Assembly (NCBI GenBank): GCA_964016885.1
Contig: OZ024740.1
Span: forward strand, 33,294,001 to 33,358,000
Direction of reading: 5' to 3'
Length of the DNA stretch: 64,000 bases
Source: Eledone cirrhosa
Lineage: Eukaryota
Positions 26,301-41,400 of this stretch are shown here, in pieces; within the stretch, counting starts at the first letter, position 1; every line of letters begins with the position of its first letter. The notes below the pieces were generated by a model. It had not been told where the DNA came from. It saw nothing but the letters and a program-made list of their open reading frames with translations, and searched no databases. The translations under genes and the position numbers were made by a program.

Positions 26301-29300
26301 TATTTATATATTCTAGATAGAAAGTGTTCATCTATATATTCTAGATAGAAAGTGACCATCTATATATTCTAGATAGAATGTATTCATCTATATTTTCTAG
26401 ATAGAAAGTGACCATCTATATATTCTAGATAGAAAATGACCATCTATATATTCTATATAGAAAGTGACCATCTATATATTCTAGATAGAAAGTGAGCATC
26501 TATATATTCTAGATAGAATGTATTCATCTATATTTTCTAGATAGAAAGTGACCATCTATATATTCTAGATAGAAAGTGTTCATCTATATATTCTAGATAG
26601 AAAGTGACTATCTATATATTCTAGATAGAAAATGACAATCTATATATTTCAGATAGAATGTGACCATCTATATATTTTAAATAGAAAATGACCATCTATA
26701 TATTCTAGATAGAAAGTGACCATCTATATATTTTAGATAGAAAGTGACCATCTATATATTTTAGACAGAAAGTGTTCATCTATATATTCTAGATAGAAAG
26801 TGTTCATCTATATATTCTAAATAGAAAGTGACCATCTATATATTCCAGATAGAAAGTGTTCATCTATATATTCTAGATAGAAAGTGTTCATCTATATATT
26901 CTACATAGAAAGTGTTCATCTATATACTTTAGATAGAAAGTGTTTATTTATATATTCTAGATAGAAAGTGTTCATCTATATATTCTAGATAGAAAGTGAC
27001 CATCTATATATTCTAGATAGAATGTATTCATCTATATTTTCTAGATAGAAAGTGACCATCTATATATTCTAGATAGAAAGTGACCATCTATATATTCTAT
27101 ATGGAAAGTGACCATTTATATATTTTAGATAGAAAGTGTTCATCTATATATTCCAGATAGAAAGTGTTTATCTATATAATCTAGATAGAAAGTGTTCATC
27201 TATATATTCTAGATAGAAAGTGACCATGTATATATTCTAGATAGAAAGTAACCATCTATATATTTTAGATTGAAAATGACCATCTATATATATATTCTAG
27301 ATAGAAAGTGTTCATATATATATTCTAGATAGAAAGTGTTCATATATATATTCTAGATAGAAAGTGTTCATCTATATATTCCAGATAAAAAGTGTTCATC
27401 TATATATTCTATATAGAAAGTGTTCATCTATATATTTTAGATAGAAAGTGTTTATTTATATATTCTAGATAGAAAGTGTTCATCTATATATTTTAGATAG
27501 AAAGTGACCATCTATATATTCTATATAGAAAGTGACATCTATATATTTTAGATAGAAAGTGTTCATCTATATATTCTAGAAATGACCATCTATATATTTT
27601 AGATAGAAAGTGACCATCTATATATTTTAGACAGAAAGTGTTCATCTATATATTCTAGATAGAAAGTGACCATCTATATATTCTAGATAGAAAATGACCA
27701 TCTATATATTTTAGATAGAAAGTGTTCATCTATATATTCTAGATAGAAAGTGACCATCTATATATTCTAGATAGAAAGTGTTCATCTATATATTCTAGAT
27801 AGAAAGTGACTATCTATATATTCTAGATAGAAAATGACAATCTATATATTTCAGATAGAATGTGACCATCTATATATTTTAAATAGAAAATGACCATCTA
27901 TATATTCTAGATAGAAAGTGACCATCTATATATTTTAGATAGAAAGTAACCATCTATATATTTTAGACAGAAAGTGTTCATCTATATATTCTAGATAGAA
28001 AGTGTTCATCTATATATTCTAGATAGAAAGTGACCATCTATATATTCCAGATAGAAAGTGTTCATCTATATATTCTAGATAGAAAGTGTTCCTCTATATA
28101 TTCTACATAGAAAGTGTTCATCTATATATTTTAGATAGAAAGTGTTTATTTATATATTCTAGAGAGAAAGTGTTCATCTATATATTCTAGATAGAAAGTG
28201 ACCATCTATATATTCTAGATAGATTGTATTCATCTATATATTCTAGATAGAAAGTGACCATCTTTATATTCTAGATAGAAAGTGTTCATCTATATATTCT
28301 AGATAGAAAGTGACTATCTATATATTCTAGATAGAAAATGACAATCTATATATTTCAGATAGAATGTGACCATCTATATATTTTAAATAGAAAATGACCA
28401 TCTATATATTCTAGATAGAAAGTGACCATCTATATATTTTAGATAGAAAGTAACCATCTATATATTTTAGACAGAAAGTGTTCATCTATATATTCTAGAT
28501 AGAAAGTGTTCATCTATATATTCCAGATAGAAAGTGTTCATCTATATATTCTAGATAGAAAGTGTTCATCTATATATTCTACATAGAAAGTGTTCATCTA
28601 TATATTTTAGATAGAAAGTGTTTATTTATATATTCTAGATAGAAAGTGTTCATCTATATATTCTAGATAGAAAGTGACCATCTATATATTCTAGATAGAA
28701 TGTATTCATCTATATTTTCTAGATAGAAAATGACCATCTATATATTCTAGATAGAAAATGACCATCTATATATTCTATATAGAAAGTGACCATCTATATA
28801 TTCTAGATAGAAAGTGACCATCTATATATTCTAGATAGAATGTATTCATCTATATTTTCTAGATAGAAAGTGACCATCTATATATTCTAGATAGAAAGTG
28901 TTCATCTATATATTCTAGATAGAAAGTGACTATCTATATATTCTAGATAGAAAATGACAATCTATATATTTCAGATAGAATGTGACCATCTATATATTTT
29001 AAATAGAAAATGACCATCTATATATTCTAGATAGAAAGTGACCATCTATATATTTTAGATAGAAAGTGACCATCTATATATTTTAGACAGAAAGTGTTCA
29101 TCTATATATTCTAGATAGAAAGTGTTCATCTATATATTCTAGATAGAAAGTGACCATCTATATATTCCAGATAGAAAGTGTTCATCTATATATTCTAGAT
29201 AGAAAGTGTTCATCTATATATTCTACATAGAAAGTGTTCATCTATATACTTTAGATAGAAAGTGTTTATTTATATATTCTAGATAGAAAGTGTTCATCTA

Positions 29301-29779
29301 TATATTCTAGATAGAAAGTGACCATCTATATATTCTAGATAGAATGTATTCATCTATATTTTCTAGATAGAAAGTGACCATCTATATATTCTAGAATGAA
29401 AGTGACCATCTATATATTCTATATAGAAAGTGACCATTTATATATTTTAGATAGAAAGTGTTCATCTATATATTCCAGGTAGAAAGTGTTTATCTATATA
29501 ATCTAGATAGAAAGTGTTCATCTATATATTCTAGATAGAAAGTGACCATGTATATATTCTAGATAGAAAGTAACCATCTATATATTTTAGATTGAAAATG
29601 ACCATCTATATATATATTCTAGATAGAAAGTGTTCATATATATATTCTAGATAGAAAGTGTTCATATATATATTCTAGATAGAAAGTGTTCATCTATATA
29701 TTCTAGATAGAAAGTGACTATCTATATATTCTAGATAGAAAATGACAATCTATATATTTCAGATAGAATGTGACCATCT
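14381..29779. repeat. 28-bp tandem satellite array, segment 2
   Basis: Same monomer and orientation as segment 1. Confidence 0.99.
19913..28450. repeat. Higher-order repeat: ~3 tandem units of 2,857 bp (duplicate set)
   Basis: The GTGAGCATC variant lies at 20782, 23639 and 26496, spaced 2,857 bp. Each is 18,098 bp from its counterpart in the first set. Confidence 0.93.
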
Positions 29780-32478
29780 ATCATCATCATCATCATCATC
29801 AACGTTTAACGTCCGTGTTCCACGCTTGCATGGGTTTGGACGGGGGTAGTCCCACTTGAGGCAAGAGTGATTGTCTTGCTCGCATAGGACTGTCTGGCAG
29901 GTTTTCTACAGTTGGATGCCCTTCCTAACACCAACCACATTTACAGTGTGGGTCTGGGAGGTTTTTACCGTGTTGCCTACACGGCCACATTACAGCGTGG
30001 ACTGTGTGTTTTTTTGTCGTGACACCTACACGATCTCATTTGTTTCGGCCTCGATGGCGCGGCACCAACATAACTTTACATAGAACGGGGTGGTGTGGAT
30101 CGGGTGGGGGTGGGGTTGGTGGGACGGGGTGTATTTTGTTAGAGATGCCTACTGGCTGGAGTAGGTTTTACTATATATTTAGGTAAGGCGGGTCTTCTCT
30201 GTTACTGAGTACCGCCAAAGGTCTCGGTCCAGTGACATTGTCTTGGAGAGGTGTAAGTGTGTGATGTCGGAGTTTATCAGCTCGTCCCAGGTTTTTCTAG
30301 GTCTGCCTATTCCGTGACTACCGTCTATCTTTATTGCCCTGCACTTTGTTATACAGCTATCGACTTTCATGCGCATCACGTGTCCATACCAACGTAGCCT
30401 TCTCTCGAGTAAACAACATCTGATCCCTCTTATCTCTAATTTATTCCTTAGTTCGTTTATGCTTTGCCGTTCACGTATATTACTGTTACACATCCAGCGG
30501 AGCATGCAAGCTTCGTTCCTCTCTAGTCTGCGTATATCCTCTGCACACAATGCCCAGGTCTCACTGCCATGCAGCATTGCTGTTCGTATGCAGGCATCGT
30601 ACAACCTGCCTTTCATTTTTAGTGAGAACCCTTTAGCAGCTAATAGTGGTATAAGCTCTCTGAACTTTTTCCAACCAGTTCTGACTCTAGCTACAGTACT
30701 TTCAGAGCACCCTCCCCCACTGCTGATTTTATCGCCCAGGTAACGGAAGCTGTCCACTATTTCTATAGAACCCTCTGCGCAATTGAAAGAGCTAGTAGTT
30801 TGTGGGCACTTGCTGCTACTTATTGCACCAGAGCACCGGCCACATGTAAAATCTATGTTCTTAGTTAGCTTACCTGTGATCCCACTACATCTTTTATGCA
30901 CCCATACTTTGCATTTAGGACATAAAATGGAGTTTCTACCTACGCCTTTCCTACACACCGAGCACGACCATTTCCCAGAAGGGACCGCCGCCTTGTTTTC
31001 TTTCCTACAAACTAGTACTTTGGTCTTAGCCAGGTTAATTTTAAGTCCTTTTGACTCTAGGCCGTGCTTCCATGTTTGGAATTTCTTCTCTAGCTCGGCC
31101 ATTGATTCCGCTATGAGTGTCAGGTCGTCTGCGTATAGGAGTTCCCATGGGCAGCCTGTCTTGAACTCCTCTGTTATAGCCTGAAGGGCAATAATAAATA
31201 GTAGTGGACTGAGAACAGAGCCCTGATGGACGCCGACTTTTACGCTAAACTCTTCACTATATTCGTTGTTAATTCTAACCTTGCTGACTGTTTCTTTATA
31301 CATGGCTTGTATAGCCCTCACAAGCCATTCGTCAACGCCTAGTTTTCTAAGAGCCCACCAGATAATGGAGCGGGGGACTCTGTCGAAGGCTTTCTCCAAG
31401 TCGACAAAAGCTAAGTAGAGGGGTTTACCTTTAGCTAGGTACTTCTCCTGTAGTTGTCGTACTATGAAAAGAGCGTCTGTGGTACTTTTGCCTGACACAA
31501 ACCCGAACTGCATTTCATCTAGGTCAATTCTCTCTCTGATTAGTTGCGCTATTACTCTTTCCGTGACCTTCATGACCTGGTCGATTAATTTAATGCCTCT
31601 ATAGTTACTCCTATCTAGGGCGTCTCCTTTACCCTTATAACAGTTAACGATGATGCTGCTATGCCAGTCCTTCGGAACAACCCCGTTCTGTACGACTTGG
31701 TTAACTATGCGGGTGACCATGGTGTGTCCCACCGTGCCAGATGCCTTCAGCATCTCAGCAACTATTTCCGAAGGCCCAGCCGCCTTACCAGTCTTCATAT
31801 CCTTGATTGCCTTACTTATTATACTCCCCTCGACTAACACTGCTGGTCCCTCTATTGGGTCGATATGGGGGAGACTGCCTTTCTCCCAATTATTCTCCTC
31901 ATTTAGAAGCCTTTCATAGTGACACTTCCAAGCTACCTTCTTATCAGCGTCGGTGATGGCAAGTGTGCCATCGTCGTTTAGTACACACTTCTCCCCGACA
32001 ATATCACGGTTTTACTTGACGCATTGCCTAGCAATCCTGAACACCTCACGTTTTTGGTCATCGCGTTGTAGAACATGCTTGAACTTTCTTTCCTCAGCTT
32101 CCCTTCTTGCTAAGTACACTTGTCTCCTAGCTTCCCTCCTGGCCACTTGATAGTCCTCTCTACTTCCCCCATCCCGCCATACTTTCCAAGCCTGCTTTTT
32201 GGCCTTAATTGACCCCTCCACCTTACTGTTCCACCACCATGTTACTCTCCTCCTGCCTACAGGCCTGCTCCAGCCACAGACCTCGTCTGTCGCCAACAGC
32301 AGGTTTGCTTTCAGAAATTCCCACTCTCCCTCTATATTGTCCGACTCTAAATGTTCTTCCTTACTGTCGAAAGCATCAAGTAATATGCTTTGAAATTTAT
32401 TCCTGGCTGTGGGGTCCTTTAGCTTCCATATTTTCCTCCTGAGGATAGTCCTCTTCTGTTGTCGAGTACGTCTCGTCC
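29780..32478 (-). mobile_element. RTE-clade LINE, 5'-truncated, copy 2 (duplicate of copy 1)
   Basis: Identical ORF translations, junctions and tail length at offset 18,098 bp. Confidence 0.93.
30179..32476 (-). pseudogene. RTE ORF remnant, copy 2, same nonsense codon at 32012-32014
   Basis: Same translation as copy 1. PHD finger at 30833-30964. Confidence 0.9.
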
Positions 32479-35400
32479 TGACTATCTATATATTCTAGAT
32501 TGTATTCATCTATATTTTCTAGATAGAAAGTGACCATCTATATATTCTAGATAGAAAATGACCATCTATATATTCTATATAGAAAGTGACCATTTATATA
32601 TTTTAGATAGAAAGTGTTCATTTATATATTCTAGATAGAAAATGACCATCTATATATTTTAGATAGAAAGTGACCATCTATATATTTTAGACAGGAAGTG
32701 TTCATCTATATATTCTAGATAGAAAGTGACCATCCATATAATCTAGATAGAAAGTTTTCATATATATATTCTAGATAGGAAGTGACCATCTATATATTTT
32801 AGATAGAAAGTGTTCATCTATATATTCTAGAGAGAAAGTGTTCATCTATATATTTTAGATAGAAAGTGACCATCTATATATTTTAGATAAAGAGTGACCA
32901 TCTATATATTTTAGATAGAAAGTGTTCATCTATATATTCTAGATAGAAAGTTTTCATATATATATTCTAGATAGAAAGTGACCATCTATATATTTTAGAT
33001 AGAAAGTGTTCATCTATATATTCTAGATAGAAAGTGACCATCTATACATTCTAGATATAAAGTGTTCATCTATATAATCTAGATATAAAGTGTTCATCTA
33101 TATATTCTAGATAGAAAGTGACCATGTATATATTCTAGATAGAAAGTGTTCATCTATATATTTTAGATAGAAATTGACCATCTATATATTTTAGATAGAA
33201 AGTGACCATCTATATATTTTAGATAGAAAGTAACCATCTATATATTCTAGATAGAAAGTGTTCATCTATATATTCCTGATAGAAAGTGTTCATCTATATA
33301 ATCTAGATAGAAAGTGTTCATCTATATATTCTAGATAAAAAGTGACCATGTATATATTCTAGATAGAAAGTAACCATCTACATATTTTAGATTGAAAATG
33401 ACCATCTATATATATATTCTAGATAGAAAGTGTTCATATATATATTCTAGATAGAAAGTGTTCATATATATATTCTAGATAGAAAGTGTTCATCTATATA
33501 TTCCAGATAAAAAGTGTTCATCTATATATTCTACATAGAAAGTGTTCATCTATATATTTTAGATAGAAGGTGATTATTTATATATTCTAGATAGAAAATG
33601 ACCATCTATATATTCTAGATAGAAAGTGACCATCTATATATTTTAGATAGAAAGTAACCATCTATATATTTTAGACAGAAAGTGTTCATCTATATATTCT
33701 AGATAGAAAGTGTTCATCTATATATTCTAGATAGAAAGTGACCATCTATATATTCCAGATAGAAAGTGTTCATCTATATATTCTAGATAGAAAGTGACTA
33801 TCTATATATTCTAGATAGAAAATGACAATCTATATATTTCAGATAGAATGTGACCATCTATATATTTTAAATAGAAAATGACCATCTATATATTCTAGAT
33901 AGAAAGTGACCATCTATATATTCTAGATAGAATGTATTCATCTATATTTTCTAGATAGAAAGTGACCATCTATATATTCTAGAATGAAAGTGACCATCTA
34001 TATATTCTATAAAGAAAGTGACCATTTATATATTTTAGATAGAAAGTGTTCATCTATATATTCCAGGTAGAAAGTGTTTATGTATATAATCTAGATAGAA
34101 AGTGTTCATCTATATATTCTAGATAGAAAGTGACCATGTATATATTCTAGATAGAAAGTAACCATCTATATATTTTAGATTGAAAATGACCATCTATATA
34201 TATATTCTAGATAGAAAGTGTTCATATATATATTCTAAATAGAAAGTGTTCATATATATATTCTAGATAGAAAGTGTTCATCTATATATTCCAGATAAAA
34301 AGTGTTCATCTATATATTCTACATAGAAAGTGTTCATCTATATATTTTAGATAGAAAGTGTTTATTTATATATTCTAGATAGAAAGTGTTTATTTATATA
34401 TTCTAGATAGAAAGTGTTCATCTATATATTTTAGATAGAAAGTGACCATCTATATATTCTATATAGAAAGAGACATCTATATATTTTAGATAGAAAGTGT
34501 TCATCTATATATTCTAAATAGAAAATGACCATCTATATATTTTAGATAGAAAGTGACCATCTATATATTTTAGACAGAAAGTGTTCATCTATATATTCTA
34601 GATAGAAAGTGACCATCTATATATTCTAGATAGAAAATGACCATCTATATATTTTAGATAGAAAGTGTTCATCTATATATTCTAGATAGAAAGTGACTAT
34701 CTATATATTCTAGATAGAAAATGACAATCTATATATTTCAGATAGAATGTGACCATCTATATATTTTAAATAGAAAATGACCATCTATATATTCTAGATA
34801 GAAAGTGACCATCTATATATTTTAGATAGAAAGTAACCATCTATATATTTTAGACAGAAAGTGTTCATCTATATATTCTAGATAGAAAGTGTTCATCTAT
34901 ATATTCTAGATAGAAAGTGACCATCTATATATTCCAGATAGAAAGTGTTCATCTATATATTCTAGATAGAAAGTGTTCATCTATATATTCTACATAGAAA
35001 GTGTTCATCTATATATTTTAGATAGAAAGTGTTTATTTATATATTCTAGATAGAAAGTGTTCATCTATATATTCTAGATAGAAAGTGACCATCTATATAT
35101 TCTAGATAGATTGTATTCATCTATATTTTCTAGATAGAAAGTGACCATCTATATATTCTAGATAGAAAATGACCATCTATATATTCTATATAGAAAGTGA
35201 CCATTTATATATTTTAGATAGAAAGTGTTCATTTATATATTCTAGATAGAAAATGACCATCTATATATTTTAGATAGAAAGTGACCATCTATATATTTTA
35301 GACAGGAAGTGTTCATCTATATATTCTAGATAGAAAGTGACCATCCATATAATCTAGATAGAAAGTTTTCATATATATATTCTAGATAGGAAGTGACCAT

Positions 35401-38400
35401 CTATATATTTTAGATAGAAAGTGTTCATCTATATATTCTAGAGAGAAAGTGTTCATCTATATATTTTAGATAGAAAGTGACCATCTATATATTTTAGATA
35501 AAGAGTGACCATCTATATATTTTAGATAGAAAGTGTTCATCTATATATTCTAGATAGAAAGTTTTCATATATATATTCTAGATAGAAAGTGACCATCTAT
35601 ATATTTTAGATAGAAAGTGTTCATCTATATATTCTAGATAGAAAGTGACCATCTATACATTCTAGATATAAAGTGTTCATCTATATAATCTAGATATAAA
35701 GTGTTCATCTATATATTCTAGATAGAAAGTGACCATGTATATATTCTAGATAGAAAGTGTTCATCTATATATTTTAGATAGAAATTGACCATCTATATAT
35801 TTTAGATAGAAAGTGACCATCTATATATTTTAGATAGAAAGTAACCATCTATATATTCTAGATAGAAAGTGTTCATCTATATATTCCTGATAGAAAGTGT
35901 TCATCTATATAATCTAGATAGAAAGTGTTCATCTATATATTCTAGATAAAAAGTGACCATGTATATATTCTAGATAGAAAGTAACCATCTACATATTTTA
36001 GATTGAAAATGACCATCTATATATATATTCTAGATAAAAAGTGTTCATATATATATTCTAGATAGAAAGTGTTCATATATATATTCTAGATAGAAAGTGT
36101 TCATCTATATATTCCAGATAAAAAGTGTTCATCTATATATTCTACATAGAAAGTGTTCATCTATATATTTTAGATAGAAAGTGATTATTTATATATTCTA
36201 GATAGAAAATGACCATCTATATATTCTAGATAGAAAGTGACCATCTATATATTTTAGATAGAAAGTAACCATCTATATATTTTAGACAGAAAGTGTTCAT
36301 CTATATATTCTAGATAGAAAGTGTTCATCTATATATTCTAGATAGAAAGTGACCATCTATATATTCCAGATAGAAAGTGTTCATCTATATATTCTAGATA
36401 GAAAGTGACTATCTATATATTCTAGATAGAAAATGACAATCTATATATTTCAGATAGAATGTGACCATCTATATATTTTAAATAGAAAATGACCATCTAT
36501 ATATTCTAGATAGAAAGTGACCATCTATATATTCTAGATAGAATGTATTCATCTATATTTTCTAGATAGAAAGTGACCATCTATATATTCTAGAATGAAA
36601 GTGACCATCTATATATTCTATAAAGAAAGTGACCATTTATATATTTTAGATAGAAAGTGTTCATCTATATATTCCAGGTAGAAAGTGTTTATCTATATAA
36701 TCTAGATAGAAAGTGTTCATCTATATATTCTAGATAGAAAGTGACCATGTATATATTCTAGATAGAAAGTAACCATCTATATATTTTAGATTGAAAATGA
36801 CCATCTATATATATATTCTAGATAGAAAGTGTTCATATATATATTCTAAATAGAAAGTGTTCATATATATATTCTAGATAGAAAGTGTTCATCTATATAT
36901 TCCAGATAAAAAGTGTTCATCTATATATTCTACATAGAAAGTGTTCATCTATATATTTTAGATAGAAAGTGTTTATTTATATATTCTAGATAGAAAGTGT
37001 TTATTTATATATTCTAGATAGAAAGTGTTCATCTATATATTTTAGATAGAAAGTGACCATCTATATATTCTAGATAGAAAATGACCATCTATATATTTTA
37101 GATAGAAAGTGTTTATTTATATATTCTAGATAGAAAGTGTTCATCTATATATTCTAGTTAGAAAGTGACCATCTATATATTCTAGATAGAATGTATTCAT
37201 CTATATTTTTTAGATAGAAAGTGTTCATCTATATATTCTAGATAGAAAGTGACCATCTATACATTCTAGATATAAAGTGTTCATGTATATAATCTAGATA
37301 GAAAGTGTTCGTCTATATACTTTAGATAGAAAGTGTTTATTTATATATTCTAGATAGAAAGTGTTCATCTATATATTCTAGATAGAAAGTGACCATCTAT
37401 ATATTCTAGATAGAATGTATTCATCTATATTTTCTAGATAGAAAGTGACCATCTATATATTCTAGAATGAAAGTGACCATCTATATATTCTATATAGAAA
37501 GTGACCATTTATATATTTTAGATAGAAAGTGTTCATCTATATATTCCAGGTAGAAAGTGTTTATCTATATAATCTAGATAGAAAGTGTTCATCTATATAT
37601 TCTAGATAGAAAGTGACCATGTATATATTCTAGATAGAAAGTAACCATCTATATATTTTAGATTGAAAATGACCATCTATATATATATTCTAGATAGAAA
37701 GTGTTCATATATATATTCTAGATAGAAAGTGTTCATATATATATTCTAGATAGAAAATGACCATCTATATATTTTAGATAGAAAGTGTTCATCTATATAT
37801 TCTAGATAGAAAGTGACCATCTATATATTCTAGATAGAAAGTGTTCATCTATATATTCTAGATAGAAAGTGACTATCTATATATTCTAGATAGAAAATGA
37901 CAATCTATATATTTCAGATAGAATGTGACCATCTATATATTTTAAATAGAAAATGACCATCTATATATTCTAGATAGAAAGTGACCATCTATATATTATA
38001 GATAGAAAGTAACCATCTATATATTTTAGACAGAAAGTGTTCATCTATATATTCTAGATAGAAAGTGTTCATCTATATATTCTAGATAGAAAGTGACCAT
38101 CTATATATTCCAGATAGAAAGTATTCATCTATATATTCTAGATAGAAAGTGTTCATCTATATATTCTACATAGAAAGTGTTCATCTATATATTTTAGATA
38201 GAAAGTGACCATCTATATATTTTAGACAGGAAGTGTTCATCTATATATTCTAGATAGAAAGTGACCATCCATATAATCTAGATAGCAAGTTTTCATATAT
38301 ATATTCTAGATAGAAAGTGACCATCTATATATTTTAGATAGAAAGTGTTCATCTATATATTCTAGAGAGAAAGTGTTCATATATATATTCTAGATAGAAA

Positions 38401-41400
38401 GTGACCATCTATATATTTTAGATAGAAAGTGTTCATCTATATATTCTAGATAGAAAGTGACCATCTATACATTCTAGATAGAAAGTGTTCATCTATATAA
38501 TCTAGATAGAAAGTGTTCATCTATATATTCTAGATAGAAAGTGACCTTGTATATATTCTAGATAGAAAGTGTTCATCTATATATTTTAGATAGAAATTGA
38601 CCATCTATATATTTTAGATAGAAAGTGACCATCTATATATTTTAGATAGAAAGTAACCATCTATATATTCTAGATAGAAAGTGTTCATCTACATATTCCA
38701 GATAGAAAGTGTTCATCTATATAATCTAGATAGAAAGTGTTCATCTATATATTCTAGATAGAAAGTGACCATGTATATATTCTAGATAGAAAGTAACCAT
38801 CTATATATTTTAGATTGAAAATGACCATCTATATATATATTCTAGATAGAAAGTGTTCATATATATATTCTAGATAGAAAGTGTTCATATATATATTCTA
38901 GATAGAAAGTGTTCATCTATATATTCCAGATAAAAAGTGTTCATCTATATATTTTAGATAGAAAGTGTTTATTTATATATTCTAGATAGAAAGTGTTCAT
39001 CTATATATTTTAGATAGAAAGTGACCATCTATATATTCTATATAGAAAGTGACATCTATATATTTTAGATAGAAAGTGTTCATCTGTATATTCTAGATAG
39101 AAAATGACCATCTATATATTTTAGATAGAAAGTGACCATCTATATATTTTAGACAGAAAGTGTTCATCTATATATTCTAGATAGAAAGTGTTCATCTATA
39201 TATTCTAGATGGAAAGTGACCATCTATATATTCCAGATAGAAAGTGTTCATCTATATATTCTAGATAGAAAGTGTTCATCTATATATTCTACATAGAAAG
39301 TGTTCATCAATATATTTTAGATAGAAAGTGACCATCTATATATTTTAGATAAAAAGTGACCATCTATATATTTTAGATAGAAAGTGTTCATCTATATAAT
39401 CTAGATAGAAAGTGTTCATCTATATATTCTAGATAGAAAGTGACCATGTATATATTCTAGATAGAATGTATTCATCTATATTTTCTAGATAGAAAGTGAC
39501 CATCTATATATTCTAGATAGAAAATGACCATCTATATATTCTATATAGAAAGTGACCATCTATATATTCTAGATAGAAAGTGACCATCTATATATTCTAG
39601 ATAGAATGTATTCATCTATATTTTCTAGATAGAAAGTGACCATCTATATATTCTAGATAGAAAGTGTTCATCTATATATTCTAGATAGAAAGTGACTATC
39701 TATATATTCTAGATAGAAAATGACAATCTATATATTTCAGATAGAATGTGACCATCTATATATTTTAAATAGAAAATGACCATCTATATATTCTAGATAG
39801 AAAGTGACCATCTATATATTCTAGATAGAATGTATTCATCTATATTTTCTAGATAGAAAGTGACCATCTATATATTCTAGAATGAAAGTGACCATCTATA
39901 TATTCTATAAAGAAAGTGACCATTTATATATTTTAGATAGAAAGTGTTCATCTATATATTCCAGGTAGAAAGTGTTTATCTATATAATCTAGATAGAAAG
40001 TGTTCATCTATATATTCTATATAGAAAGTGACCATGTATATATTCTAGATAGAAAGTAACCATCTATATATTTTAGATTGAAAATGACCATCTATATATA
40101 TATTCTAGATAGAAAGTGTTCATATATATATTCTAAATAGAAAGTGTTCATATATATATTCTAGATAGAAAGTGTTCATCTATATATTCCAGATAAAAAG
40201 TGTTCATCTATATATTCTACATAGAAAGTGTTCATCTATATATTTTAGATAGAAAGTGTTTATTTATATATTCTAGATAGAAAGTGTTTATTTATATATT
40301 CTAGATAGAAAGTGTTCATCTATATATTTTAGATAGAAAGTGACCATCTATATATTCTATATAGAAAGAGACATCTATATATTTTAGATAGAAAGTGTTC
40401 ATCTATATATTCTAGATAGAAAATGACCATCTATATATTTTAGATAGAAAGTGACCATCTATATATTTTAGACAGAAAGTGTTCATCTATATATTCTAGA
40501 TAGAAAGTGACCATCTATATATTCTAGATAGAAAATGACCATCTATATATTTTAGATAGAAAGTGTTCATCTATATATTCTAGATAGAAAGTGACCATCT
40601 ATATATTCTAGATAGAAAGTGTTCATCTATATATTCTAGATAGAAAGTGACTATCTATATATTCTAGATAGAAAATGACAATCTATATATTTCAGATAGA
40701 ATGTGACCATCTATATATTTTAAATAGAAAATGACCATCTATATATTCTAGATAGAAAGTGACCATCTATATATTTTAGATAGAAAGTAACCATCTATAT
40801 ATTTTAGACAGAAAGTGTTCATCTATATATTCTAGATAGAAAGTGTTCATCTATATATTCTAGATAGAAAGTGACCATCTATATATTCCAGATAGAAAGT
40901 GTTCATCTATATATTCTAGATAGAAAGTGTTCATCTATATATTCTTCATAGAAAGTGTTCATCTATATATTTTAGATAGAAAGTGTTTATTTATATATTC
41001 TAGATAGAAAGTGTTCATCTATATATTCTAGATAGAAAGTGACCATCTATATATTCTAGATAGATTGTATTCATCTATATTTTCTAGATAGAAAGTGACC
41101 ATCTATATATTCTAGATAGAAAATGACCATCTATATATTCTATATAGAAAGTGACCATTTATATATTTTAGATAGAAAGTGTTCATTTATATATTCTAGA
41201 TAGAAAATGACCATCTATATATTTTAGATAGAAAGTGACCATCTATATATTTTAGACAGGAAGTGTTCATCTATATATTCTAGATAGAAAGTGACCATCC
41301 ATATAATCTAGATAGAAAGTTTTCATATATATATTCTAGATAGGAAGTGACCATCTATATATTTTAGATAGAAAGTGTTCATCTATATATTCTAGAGAGA

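Larger units (their letters stand above)
19913..36740. repeat. Segmental duplication copy B
   Basis: Matches 1815-18612 with scattered substitutions and one extra monomer. Confidence 0.88.

Noticed and set aside
29780-32478. Independent second RTE insertion showing site specificity
   Set aside because: Identical truncation point, stop codon and kilobases of flank show a DNA-level duplication.
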